Source: Myxococcota bacterium
GTDB taxonomy: Bacteria; Myxococcota_A; SURF-8
NCBI GenBank assembly: GCA_965140415.1
Contig: OZ223209.1
Span: forward strand, 992,001 to 1,056,000
Direction of reading: 5' to 3'
DNA length: 64,000 nucleotides
Below, in pieces: positions 9,392 through 18,973 of the stretch (the first letter of the stretch is position 1; every line of letters begins with the position of its first letter). Both the position numbers and the translations under genes were made by a program. The notes under the pieces are model-generated. The model searched no databases. It had not been told where the DNA came from and saw only the letters and a program-made list of their open reading frames with translations.

Positions 9392-10792
9392 CTAGGCTTT
9401 CACTTCCGGATGTTTGAGCAGCCAGCTTTTCAGTTTGGCTTTATCGGATTTCCGTAAATGACGCCGCTTGCCCATCGGCTTGTCTTCATAGCGTTTACCC
9501 AGATCCTTCATCCACTCGGCGTCCGGGAATTTTTGCATCTTTTTGTAAAACGCCATCGCCTGCCGATCGAGACCCGCCATGCTGTAGATGTGTCCCAGGT
9601 ACATATTGGCGATCAGCGGAGAATCGGCGTATTCGGCCTTGCGGTTGTTGCTCCAGTACACCAGATGCTGCAAAGCCTTTTCATCCCGTGAAAGCAGCAC
9701 TTCGGCGTAGGCCTTGCGGATATCGAGCAGGAAGACATCCGCCCGTACAGTCAGATCGTGATAGGCTGACATCGGTTTGTTAAGCAGGTTGCGCGCGGAT
9801 TTCAGATGTTTCAGGGAGCGCCTGTAATCACCCCGTTTCTCATAGGTGTAGGCATAGAGCAGATAGACATAGTAATTATTGGGATACAGGGTGGCCATCA
9901 TGCGGCATTTTTCCAGCGCCAGTTGCCGCGTGGTGCTGCGGGGGGCAAATGCATAGATGGCGTAGACGTTGGCGAAGTAATGCAGGGGGCTGTCACTGGC
10001 CGCAGCCTGCTTGATCTGTTCGATGCCCTTCTTGTAATCGCCGGAAGGGATACCGACAAGGCGCAACAGCAATCTCGTTAACAGGCCAAAGCGACCCGTG
10101 TAAAAGTTATAAACCCCTTTTAAAAGCACGGCCCCGGTTAAGGTCGGACGTCGTTTCAGAATCTCATCCAGGGTTTTCATGCCTTCTTTGGCATGATGGT
10201 GCGCCTTTAAGTAGTTGCCGCGAATGCCGTGGAACATGGCCAGTCCCGCATTACTGACCGTCTCATAGAACAGGCCGGCATCCTTGTATTTGGGTAGGCT
10301 CTGGGCGCGCTGCGCTCGTTGCAGGCATTCGGTGAAGCGGCTCAGAATCTGGGCGTCGTCTTTGGTGTAGTTGGGGGCTAACAGAACTCGTCGCACCTTG
10401 AGCAGGGCGGACATGAAATACAACGAAAATACATGCGGTTGCAGCTTGATCAGCCGTTCCACTTCTGCGTCGAAATCGAACACTTCCCCGGCGGTATAAC
10501 GCTGCATGGCGTGGAAGAATTCCGGCGTGTACAGGTACACATCGTTATCGCGCAGCGAGAGGCCCTCGCCTTCCGGCAAGGTGCTTTCTGTGGCAGCCGG
10601 TTTTTGTTTCGTCTGCGGTTCAGTCGTTTTCTGGCTGTCTTTTGCCGGAGTCGTTTCCGCCGGAAGTTCGGGACGAGCGGCGGGTTTGGCCGCTTCTGCA
10701 AAAACCAGCGTAGGGGCAAGCAGCAGCGACAGTATTAAAAACATCGAGACAGCAAACGCCGAATCGAGACGAGATCGAGTGGTACGCATCAC
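9392..10792 (-). CDS. Exported TPR-like protein
   Basis: Signal peptide, helical TPR-like repeats, 4-bp overlap with the macrodomain gene. Confidence 0.65.
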   Translation of the reverse strand: MMRTTRSRLDSAFAVSMFLILSLLLAPTLVFAEAAKPAARPELPAETTPAKDSQKTTEPQTKQKPAATESTLPEGEGLSLRDNDVYLYTPEFFHAMQRYTAGEVFDFDAEVERLIKLQPHVFSLYFMSALLKVRRVLLAPNYTKDDAQILSRFTECLQRAQRAQSLPKYKDAGLFYETVSNAGLAMFHGIRGNYLKAHHHAKEGMKTLDEILKRRPTLTGAVLLKGVYNFYTGRFGLLTRLLLRLVGIPSGDYKKGIEQIKQAAASDSPLHYFANVYAIYAFAPRSTTRQLALEKCRMMATLYPNNYYVYLLYAYTYEKRGDYRRSLKHLKSARNLLNKPMSAYHDLTVRADVFLLDIRKAYAEVLLSRDEKALQHLVYWSNNRKAEYADSPLIANMYLGHIYSMAGLDRQAMAFYKKMQKFPDAEWMKDLGKRYEDKPMGKRRHLRKSDKAKLKSWLLKHPEVKA

Positions 10793-11325
10793 GTTACTCC
10801 TTGCGATTGCATGAGGTCGTTTAAGGTTTCACGATACACCAGCAAGTCGCCTTCGGAAAAAAGCACGAAACGGACTTCGCGAATGTCGGATAGCGAAGCA
10901 AGCTCTTCGATCACGGTCCGTAACGCGATCGGGCAGGCGAGTTTGATCGGGTAGCCGTACACTCCAGTTGAAATAGACGGAAACGCCAGGCTTTTCAAGC
11001 CCATCGAATCGGCCAGGCGCAATGATTCACGATAGCAGCTCGCCAACAGGCGGGCATCTTCTTCCCGTCCCGAATAGATCGGCCCCACCGTGTGAATGAC
11101 ATGTTTGGCCGGAAGGCGATACCCGAAGGTCGCCTTGGCCTGCCCGGTTTCACAGCCGCCCAAGCCTCGACATTCCTGCACCAGTTCCGGCCCAGCCGCA
11201 TCGTGAATGGCGCCGTCTACACCGCCACCGCCCAAAAGCGAGCGATTGGCCGCATTGACGATGGCATCGACTTCCATCGTGACGATATCTCCGCGCAGCA
11301 GTTTCAGGCGATCGGTAACCGGCAT
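10789..11325 (-). CDS. ymdB: O-acetyl-ADP-ribose deacetylase (macrodomain, YmdB-like)
   Basis: GDI, AIVNAAN..LLGGGGVDGAIH, SISTGVYGYP. Confidence 0.9.
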   Translation of the reverse strand: MPVTDRLKLLRGDIVTMEVDAIVNAANRSLLGGGGVDGAIHDAAGPELVQECRGLGGCETGQAKATFGYRLPAKHVIHTVGPIYSGREEDARLLASCYRESLRLADSMGLKSLAFPSISTGVYGYPIKLACPIALRTVIEELASLSDIREVRFVLFSEGDLLVYRETLNDLMQSQGVT

Positions 11326-11340
11326 ACGTTGATCCCTCCC

Positions 11341-11850
11341 TCAGTCCAACTTCTTGTAATGCACCCGGATGAATTCATTGAAACCGCAGACTTGTGACCA
11401 GAAATGGTTTGACTGCGGATTACGCGAGCTGGTTTTAACTTCCAGGCGTGTAATCCCCATCAGGCGAAAACGTTCTTCCAGCACCTCGTACAACTGGCGT
11501 CCCAGGCCAAGGTCGCGGTAGCGTTCATCCATAACCATATCGGCGATGGAACCGATACTGCAACTTTTCATGGCCGGAGGCAGATTGCGAATCGTTGCCA
11601 GAATATAACCGATTATTTTCCCCTGAACTTCTGCAATCAACAGCAGACTGTCGGATTGTTGCAGCAGGTATTCAAGCCATTGGCGGTAATGAAAGCGCCC
11701 GTCACGGGAAGGAGTAAAGATGTCGTCGAGTTGTGCGTGAAGGGTGAAAAGCTGTTCCCACAAGTCGCAAATCGCGTCCAGATCCTGTTCTTCGGCATCC
11801 CGAATGTAGGGTACCAATCGCTTTTCTTGCGGGCCGGTTTTCCGTTGCAT
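11341..11850 (-). CDS. GNAT-family N-acetyltransferase
   Basis: RDLGLGRQL acetyl-CoA motif, N...FW...GF. Confidence 0.85.
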   Translation of the reverse strand: MQRKTGPQEKRLVPYIRDAEEQDLDAICDLWEQLFTLHAQLDDIFTPSRDGRFHYRQWLEYLLQQSDSLLLIAEVQGKIIGYILATIRNLPPAMKSCSIGSIADMVMDERYRDLGLGRQLYEVLEERFRLMGITRLEVKTSSRNPQSNHFWSQVCGFNEFIRVHYKKLD

Positions 11851-11902
11851 CGTTCGCGGTTCGCTTTCTAGGCACGCCGCAGATCGTCTTCGGGCCGGGC
11901 GA

Positions 11903-12943
11903 TTACCTGGAACAGAAGTTCGGGGTCAAACAGTACATTTCGTCACCACCGATTCCCTGACAACAGCCACCGGGAAAGCTTTCGGCGCAATCACCGAATG
12001 CTTCACAGATCTGCGAACAGAACGAAATGGAACTGTTGTACAAGCAGCGCAAGTTGCGTCCGCAGGGTGGCAGATCCGTTTCCGCCGAAAATCCACAGGG
12101 TTCGGCCAGTGCGGCATAGGTCATTTCTGGACAACGCGCGTCGGGGTGGCAATACCCATCGTTTCTTGCCGTAAAGCCGGCAGGACAGTCATTCTCCGCC
12201 GCCATGCAGATTCGTCCACCACCCGCTTGCTTGTCGGCCATGCAGATGGCGTTACCGCCGCAGTCGCTGTCTGCATCGCAGGGGGTACAGGTGATATCTT
12301 TGCATTCTTCGCTTTCGGCATCGCAGAACTGCCCATCTTCTGCAATGCAAGCCGGATCGCATTGAACCGGCTCGATGCTGGAATCGCCGTCCTCGTCGCC
12401 ATCATTGCCTGGATCATCGACACAGGCTCCCGCCTGGCAGCGTTGATCCTCGGCGCAATCGCTGTCTACCAGACAGAATACGCACAGGTGATCCGACGAG
12501 CAACGGTGGCGCGGATAGCGGCAATCCGCCTCGTCCTGGCACAGGCGTTGACAGAGTTTATCCACACAGGCCTGACCGTTGTTGCAGTCATCGGCGTTCA
12601 AGCAGCTATTCAATTCTTCCGGCTCGGTATTGGGAGTAAGGCGACACGATCCGGCAAAGCAGTATTTGCCTTCTTCGCAATCCGTGTTGTCTACGCAGTC
12701 GGTGCAAACCTGCATTGCATGACAGCGGTTGCCATGGGCGCAGTCGCTGGTTTCTTCGCAGGTTTCAAGACAGGTGTTGAACACGCAGCGTTCGCCGTCC
12801 AGGCAGTCGGAATGCATCACACAGCTTCCTACCCGATCGCCGGAATCGGTGCCATCGGAATCCTCGCAAGCCGGGCAGAGCAATAACATAATGGAAAGAA
12901 TAGCGATATTCGCCAGCATTGGATGTAGAAGAAACCTGAACAT
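11903..12943 (-). CDS. Cysteine-rich secreted lipoprotein
   Basis: Signal ending CPAC; repeated CxxxxDCxxGxxC units; DGD linker; start at ATG 12943 with a GAGG RBS. Confidence 0.75.
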   Translation of the reverse strand: MFRFLLHPMLANIAILSIMLLLCPACEDSDGTDSGDRVGSCVMHSDCLDGERCVFNTCLETCEETSDCAHGNRCHAMQVCTDCVDNTDCEEGKYCFAGSCRLTPNTEPEELNSCLNADDCNNGQACVDKLCQRLCQDEADCRYPRHRCSSDHLCVFCLVDSDCAEDQRCQAGACVDDPGNDGDEDGDSSIEPVQCDPACIAEDGQFCDAESEECKDITCTPCDADSDCGGNAICMADKQAGGGRICMAAENDCPAGFTARNDGYCHPDARCPEMTYAALAEPCGFSAETDLPPCGRNLRCLYNSSISFCSQICEAFGDCAESFPGGCCQGIGGDEMYCLTPNFCSR

Positions 12944-13219
12944 CGAGCACCTCGTAACGACATCAAAAGAAAATACAACGCTATGATTTAAGTGCCAATT
13001 CGTCGCCTTGTCAAGACATTGCGGGGCGTGAACGCCGATTTCCGCCGGGAAAGCGGGATCGGAGTCGCACATTCGAAGCAAACAGAGAAAAAATGTCTGC
13101 AATTCAGGCTGTCATTTCCATATGATGGGAGACTTGCCCAGCTTCGCGAGCAGTGCTACAGTACAGGTCTTAGCAGAATCAGCGGGTACGCTTTTTTTTA
13201 CATGCTGAAAGATGTGTCG

Positions 13220-14692
13220 ATGAACCAGACCGAGATCTCCCGACGCGCGGCGTTGAAAAAAATCGCTTATGGAGGCGGCGCATTGCTGCTTGCCGCTACC
13301 GGAAGTTACTTCGTGTTCCGTTCTCCGCGAATAGCCGATGACGTTGCACGCGCGCTAACCGAAAAACTTTCCGGCGAAGTGATTCTGGATCGACTCCAAC
13401 TCGGTAACTACTCCCGTGATTTCGGGCGATTGATCGAAAAGCAACCACGTGTGGTCGTCAAACCCGCAGACGAGAAAGACATCCGCAGCGTGTTCGATAT
13501 CGCCAGGAAATTCCAGGTGCCGGTGCAGGTGCGCGGAAACGGGCAAAGCTGCATGGGACAATCGCTGTCCGATGGTGGAATCGTGCTTCACACGCAAAAG
13601 CAAGAAACCGAAATCGAGATCGATGGAAACGAGGTCTGGGCGGATGCTGGAATAAGCGTAAAAGAATTGCAGGCTCGTCTGAAGGCAAAAAAACTCTGCA
13701 TGCCGATTGCTCCCAGTGATTCACAGATGACCTTGGGCGGGTTGCTGTCGGCTGGTGGGCTGGGGGCTGCGTCGATCGAGCGGGGCTTATTGGTCGATTA
13801 CGTGCGGGAACTGGAACTGATCGCCCCGCATGGTGGATTGTTGCGCTGCTCTGCCGTGCGCAATCGGGACATGTTCCTGTATTCACTGGGCGGATTGGGT
13901 CAACTTGGTGTTTTGCACCGGGTGCGCTTGGTTACGGTGCGGCATCAACCTTTCGTCAAACTGGCCGAAGTACGCCTGCCGGGACCGGGAGCGATTGTCG
14001 AATTGCTGCAATTCGCCATGCAGGATCATTTACAGGGGCGCATCTCGTTTTTCCAGGCGGATCTTTCCTATAGTAAAACGATGGTCACATTGGGACGTGC
14101 TTTCGAAACGGCGGCAGAGGCGGATGCCTTCGATCCGGCGCTGATATTGCCCGAATCGCGAATGCTCGTTCAAGCCAAAGTCGTGCAGCAACCGCATTTC
14201 GACTTCTACGGGTTGAACGAAGAGCCTGATACTGGCAAGGCGAAAGGCTATCGAGTATGGGCGGATCTCCTTTTTCCAAACGACCGCTGGCAGGAGTATT
14301 TCGAGCGTTTGCTGATTCTGGCGCGCAATTCACCAAAGGAAGTTCAGCCGCATTCGATTCGCCTGTTCCCGATCCACAAAAACGATGCCCTGCGCCTGCC
14401 TTACGGCGCGCAGGTTGCCGACGGAAAACGCTATAACGTGCTTATCGGTACCGGCTATGCATTGCCTTCGTTCGATCCTGATGCGTTGGCCAAGGTCGAA
14501 GCATTCCTGGAGAAATTGCAGGATGTTGCAACGAGAATGAAAGCGCGTCCATACTTGACCGGCTGGTATCGACTAGACGAGGAGAAGAAACGCGCAGTGT
14601 TTGGTGACGACTTCAACACCTTGAAACGATTGAAAAATGATGTGGACCCCGATCGGTTGTTGAATCCGGGGGTCTGGATCGAAAACGCCTAG
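13220..14692 (+). CDS. Tat-exported FAD-binding oxidoreductase (VAO/PCMH family, cytokinin dehydrogenase-like)
   Basis: SRRAALK twin-arginine signal; RGNGQS, TLGGLLSAGGLG, GGLGQLG, DPDRLLNPG. Confidence 0.85.
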   Translation: MNQTEISRRAALKKIAYGGGALLLAATGSYFVFRSPRIADDVARALTEKLSGEVILDRLQLGNYSRDFGRLIEKQPRVVVKPADEKDIRSVFDIARKFQVPVQVRGNGQSCMGQSLSDGGIVLHTQKQETEIEIDGNEVWADAGISVKELQARLKAKKLCMPIAPSDSQMTLGGLLSAGGLGAASIERGLLVDYVRELELIAPHGGLLRCSAVRNRDMFLYSLGGLGQLGVLHRVRLVTVRHQPFVKLAEVRLPGPGAIVELLQFAMQDHLQGRISFFQADLSYSKTMVTLGRAFETAAEADAFDPALILPESRMLVQAKVVQQPHFDFYGLNEEPDTGKAKGYRVWADLLFPNDRWQEYFERLLILARNSPKEVQPHSIRLFPIHKNDALRLPYGAQVADGKRYNVLIGTGYALPSFDPDALAKVEAFLEKLQDVATRMKARPYLTGWYRLDEEKKRAVFGDDFNTLKRLKNDVDPDRLLNPGVWIENA

Positions 14693-14758
14693 GGAAATGA
14701 TTCGGAAAAACCGGCAAAACTCCTGGAATCTTTACAGAAGGACTGGCAGACTGGATAC

Positions 14759-15550
14759 ATGAATTGCATCAACCATCCACAAACCCCCGCCGCCTTTTTC
14801 TGTGATGGCTGCGGAAAAAAACTGTGCGAGGAATGCATTTACGTGCGCAGCTTCGGCGCAACGAAAGTGGAAGTCTGCCCGTTTTGCGGACAGCACCTTC
14901 ACCCGTATTCCTCGCCGGAACAGAAAAAGGGTCAGCTTAAAAAGAAACTAACCGGCTTTTTCAAACGCGACCAATCCGCCCAGGACGGGCCGGACCCACG
15001 TTCGTTATTGGAACAGGCTCGCGGCCTGCGAACCATGCATCGCTATCCGGAAGCGTTGCAAGCCTTTGAGGAATTGCTGGTCCTGGCTCCCCAAAACGGT
15101 CAGGCGCTGGAGGGACGTTTCTCGCTTTTAGTGGAAATGCTGCGCAAGCCGGAAGCTCATCAGGCGGGAACAGCTTACCTGGAGCATCTGATTCGTATCA
15201 ACGATCAGACCGGGGCAACCAACGTTTACCGGCAATTGCAGAATCTGGACGAAAGCGGCCTGGTGGATGTGGAAAGTTTATGGACGGTGGCAAACTGGTT
15301 TAGAGAACGCGGGTTGCATATGGATGCCGTAAAGGCACTGAAGCGTCTTGCCGTAATGTACAGTCGGCACGACCGAGCGCCAGAGGCGCTGTTACTGGGT
15401 GCGCAGTTATTGGATGAAGAACTGGGAAAGCCACAGGTCGCACGCAGTTTCTACCTGCAACTGGCTAAAAGCTATCCGCGTCACGAACTGGCTCAACAAG
15501 CGCAGAAAGCCTTATCTCTTCTGGCGGAAAAAGAACCAGATAAAGGGTAA
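14759..15550 (+). CDS. B-box zinc finger plus TPR protein
   Basis: CINHP....C..C...LC..C N-terminus followed by TPR-like helices. Confidence 0.7.
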   Translation: MNCINHPQTPAAFFCDGCGKKLCEECIYVRSFGATKVEVCPFCGQHLHPYSSPEQKKGQLKKKLTGFFKRDQSAQDGPDPRSLLEQARGLRTMHRYPEALQAFEELLVLAPQNGQALEGRFSLLVEMLRKPEAHQAGTAYLEHLIRINDQTGATNVYRQLQNLDESGLVDVESLWTVANWFRERGLHMDAVKALKRLAVMYSRHDRAPEALLLGAQLLDEELGKPQVARSFYLQLAKSYPRHELAQQAQKALSLLAEKEPDKG

Positions 15551-15616
15551 AGCAAGCCGGATTTTGTCCGACATGTACGGCTGCCTGACTCGATTTCCCG
15601 GTCCGTCAAACGGTTG

Positions 15617-16972
15617 TCAGTCCCATGAAACAAGTCGGATCGGAATGGCAAACTCCCAGGATTGCACACTGGAGCATTGCTCGTCCGCCGTTCCAATCAT
15701 CAAGAGACTATATCCACCGTGAATGGAAGACGACCAACGGATGTTCGTTGCGAAAGCACCGGATTCATCGATTTCCACGCAGGTGTCCTGCCACGTATCC
15801 TCTCTGGAATTGTACAGGGAGATATACACCATGCCTTCTCCCAGCATGGAAACTCCTGAAATCGGGTAGAACCAGTCGATTTTGGCGACGGCACACGGGA
15901 AGCCGGAATCTAGCAGGATACCCATAAATGCAAAGGTGTCTTCCGGACAAAAAGAGAATTCGGTGTCCTGCTCACAACTTGTCGGCGCGACGTTCTCCGA
16001 TTCTGCCGTCATTCCGGCAACGGGCCATCCCCGCGTCCGGTTTTCGAATTCGATGAATTTGATGGGTAAGGTCTGGAAATACAGATCGCGAATGTCGAAA
16101 TGCAGGTGCGGTCCGGTGGAGTATCCCGTATTGCCTGATCTGCCGATTATCTGCCCGGTACAAATCGTATCTCCAAATGCAACATCCGCGCCGTTTAATT
16201 GAAGGTGCGCATACGTGGCGATGGTTCCATCGCCGTGGTCGATCTGAATCATGTTGGCATCGTCCACGCAGCTTGCTTCGGCACAGCCGTTATTGGAATC
16301 CTCTTTGACGTAAATCACCTTCCCTCCGCGAGCCGCCGCGATTTCCTCGCCTTCGTCCATAACGAAATCGATTGCGTAAGAGGAGTTGTTCTCATGGTTG
16401 TGTGTGAAATAGGCGTGGTATCCCTGGGAAATCGAATACGTCACCCCCTGCGGAAACGGCAGGTTAACCCATTGATCCGACAAGGGAACGCAGCTTTCAC
16501 CCCGCACGACCGTACCGTCGCCACAAGTGATTTTCGGTTCTTCCAATACACATTCGCCATCCACAAAAACAGTGTCAGGACCACAAACGACTTCTTCATA
16601 ATCGGGAATGCACTCGCCATCTTCCTCGTGCGAACCCTCGCCGCATACGATCTCTTCATAACTGGGAACGCATTTCCCGTCTTGTTCGTAGGAACCTTCC
16701 CCACACACGATTTCTTCGTAATCGGCAACGCATTCGCCATTTTCCTCGTGCGAGCCCTCGCCGCAAACGATTTCCTCGTAATCGGGAATGCAAACCCCAT
16801 CCTCTTCATGAACCCCTTCTCCGCAGTCGATTTCCGGGTAATCTGGCATACACGCTCCATTCTCTTCGTGGGTTCCAACGGCGCATTGCAAATCATTTCC
16901 ACTGCCGCAGCTAATCAACAGGTTTGCCATGAGAAGAAAGGAAATCGCTAGTAAATGGAAACATACTTTCAT
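15617..16972 (-). CDS. M23-family metallopeptidase lipoprotein with Cys-rich tandem repeats
   Basis: Lipobox LISC; YAIDF, YAHL, GNTGYSTGPHLHF; start ATG 16972. Confidence 0.85.
   Translation of the reverse strand: MKVCFHLLAISFLLMANLLISCGSGNDLQCAVGTHEENGACMPDYPEIDCGEGVHEEDGVCIPDYEEIVCGEGSHEENGECVADYEEIVCGEGSYEQDGKCVPSYEEIVCGEGSHEEDGECIPDYEEVVCGPDTVFVDGECVLEEPKITCGDGTVVRGESCVPLSDQWVNLPFPQGVTYSISQGYHAYFTHNHENNSSYAIDFVMDEGEEIAAARGGKVIYVKEDSNNGCAEASCVDDANMIQIDHGDGTIATYAHLQLNGADVAFGDTICTGQIIGRSGNTGYSTGPHLHFDIRDLYFQTLPIKFIEFENRTRGWPVAGMTAESENVAPTSCEQDTEFSFCPEDTFAFMGILLDSGFPCAVAKIDWFYPISGVSMLGEGMVYISLYNSREDTWQDTCVEIDESGAFATNIRWSSSIHGGYSLLMIGTADEQCSSVQSWEFAIPIRLVSWD
16480..16885 (-). repeat. Seven ~60-bp coding tandem repeats (CGEGSHEEDGECIPDYEEIV-like)
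   Basis: Visible in both DNA and translation. Confidence 0.85.
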
Positions 16973-17324
16973 CTTTCTCTCCTTCGCCGGTAGGTAATCT
17001 GTAACGATGGCAGTAAAGCAACCTTTTCGTATGCGATTTTCCACCACGCTCTCAATGTTTATGAATATGACCGTAATGTATTTCAAAGGAGGAAGAGTCG
17101 TCAATAAAAAAGGAGGGTGAATAAGTTAACCAAAGACGTGAATAGAAAAATGGGAATCCTCTCTATTGGAGTAGGGCTCCTAGTTGTCTTCATGGTCGGG
17201 ATGAAGACCTGTGATGGATTTGGATTGTTTCCAATTTCGAAACGTTACGAGCGGGATGCAATCCCGCTCGATCTTTCGAAAAGTAAGGAGATAAAGCCCA
17301 TAAAGGGAAGTTGGGAAATCGCTT

Positions 17325-18101
17325 CTAGAGCCGCCAGCCATGCGGGATGGGCTGATCGTCGAAGTGGATGCGTCCGGCTTCATCTCGTGCGAACCTGCCG
17401 CGCGCCATGGCTTCCAGCGTCTGCGGGAAGACCACCCAGTCGCCATCGATTTTCAAGCGTTCCTGGTTGTCCTCTTCCACCTGTAACGCCGTGGCCGGAT
17501 CGGACAGATTCACTCCGGCAGGCACTTCCACCGCTACCGCAGAGGAGATCATCAACAGCCCGCCGCCGTCTACTTCCGCTTCGATCAGATGCGTGCTGGA
17601 GCGCACCGAGGTTTCTCCCGCCAATATCGCATCGCGCACCGCATGATCGCCGGTATAGCGCCGCTTGCCCTGCTCGTTAAGCACGCTTAAATCCGCCGGG
17701 TGAACGTTGACACCCAGAAAGGCGCGAATAAGCGGTTCGGTGGCGACACTCATATAGCCGCCGTACACGGCGACGGTTGCCTGAAAGGGAGCCAGCGCCG
17801 CCACGGTGGCGCGGTCGAATTCGGCACGGACTTGCATGTCGCGCCGGGGCTTATTGCGTGCGGCGTAAAACGCGCGAATGTCGCGCGTGAGCACCGGCAG
17901 ATCGAAATCGCGTCCGATGGCGTTGGCCTGACTGTCGGCATTATCGGAGAAAAGCGCCACCATCTGAAAGGGACTACCGCCCGGTTGTTGTTGCAGCTTG
18001 CGTTCGTGTTCGAGGATTCGGCGCAGGTTGGTACCCGAACCGGACATCAGCCCGATCATGCGCATGGGACCGTTGGTTGGATCGTGAAAAGGGGTCAACA
18101 T
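17325..18101 (-). CDS. purN: Formyltransferase, PurN-like (GAR transformylase family)
   Basis: SGSGTNL, NVHPADL, EVDGG; downstream of purL-purQ; start may be 18101-18131. Confidence 0.7.
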   Translation of the reverse strand: MLTPFHDPTNGPMRMIGLMSGSGTNLRRILEHERKLQQQPGGSPFQMVALFSDNADSQANAIGRDFDLPVLTRDIRAFYAARNKPRRDMQVRAEFDRATVAALAPFQATVAVYGGYMSVATEPLIRAFLGVNVHPADLSVLNEQGKRRYTGDHAVRDAILAGETSVRSSTHLIEAEVDGGGLLMISSAVAVEVPAGVNLSDPATALQVEEDNQERLKIDGDWVVFPQTLEAMARGRFARDEAGRIHFDDQPIPHGWRL

Positions 18102-18159
18102 GTACTCATCTCCCATATCGGTGTCCAGCAATCCGATCCCTCCCCGACTATCGGTGGGA

Positions 18160-18963
18160 TCAGCCGAAATAGTGAACTGCGTTGCGGAATAATTGCAGGC
18201 CCTGACCTTCTTCCGGCAGGGACTTTCCTTCTCGCCGCAGTTTGTCTGCCATGGCGGTCCACTGCGGATGGTTGAGCATCGACAAAAAGCGCTCCGGATG
18301 CGGCATCAGACCGAACACGCGCCCCGAGCGGTCGCATAACCCGGCGATATCGCGGGGAGAACCGTTCGGATTGGCCGGATACGCGCCATTCACCGGCTGG
18401 CCTGCTTCATCGACGTAGGTCAGCGCGATCTGCCGGTTACTCTCCAGCCGGTCCAGGGTCTGATTGTCGGCGTAGAATTTGCCCTCGCCATGAGCGACGG
18501 GGAAATACAGCGTATCGATGCCGCGTAGCCAGACGCAGTCCGGATTCTGCACTTTCAAATGCACCCAGCGGTCTTCGAAACGACCGGAATCGTTGTAGGT
18601 CAGCGTAAGCGCCTGTGCGCCCAGCGGTTGCTCGGCATCGGTGACCAGACCACATTTGACCATCACCTGGAATCCGTTGCAGATGCCGATCACCAGGGTG
18701 TCGCGCTCCAGAAAACGCGCCATCGGTTCGCGTAGGTTGGTCACGAATTTATTGGCCAATACGCGCCCCGCGCCGATATCGTCGCCAAAGCTGAATCCGC
18801 CGGGGAAGGCCAGAATCTGGTAATCGTCCAGCGATTTGTGACCGTCGATCAGATCGTTGATATGCACCCGCTCGGCCTCGCCCCCGGCCATTTCGAAAGC
18901 GGTTTGCGTTTCGTAATCGCAATTGATGCCGTAGCCCGTTAAAATCAGTGCTCTTGGTTTCAT
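18160..18963 (-). CDS. purQ: FGAM synthase glutaminase subunit
   Basis: PGGFSFGD, GICNGFQ, AHGEG, NPNGS, GLMPHPER. Confidence 0.95.
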   Translation of the reverse strand: MKPRALILTGYGINCDYETQTAFEMAGGEAERVHINDLIDGHKSLDDYQILAFPGGFSFGDDIGAGRVLANKFVTNLREPMARFLERDTLVIGICNGFQVMVKCGLVTDAEQPLGAQALTLTYNDSGRFEDRWVHLKVQNPDCVWLRGIDTLYFPVAHGEGKFYADNQTLDRLESNRQIALTYVDEAGQPVNGAYPANPNGSPRDIAGLCDRSGRVFGLMPHPERFLSMLNHPQWTAMADKLRREGKSLPEEGQGLQLFRNAVHYFG

Positions 18964-18973
18964 CTGTCTCGCC

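Noticed and set aside
16480..16885. Regularly spaced repeats as a possible CRISPR array (also 29277-29400)
   Set aside because: Contiguous in-frame coding tandem repeats with no unique spacers and no cas genes
17117..17680. 187-aa plus-strand ORF with nearby AGGAGG
   Set aside because: RBS abuts the GTG, and most of the ORF overlaps the purN-like gene antisense
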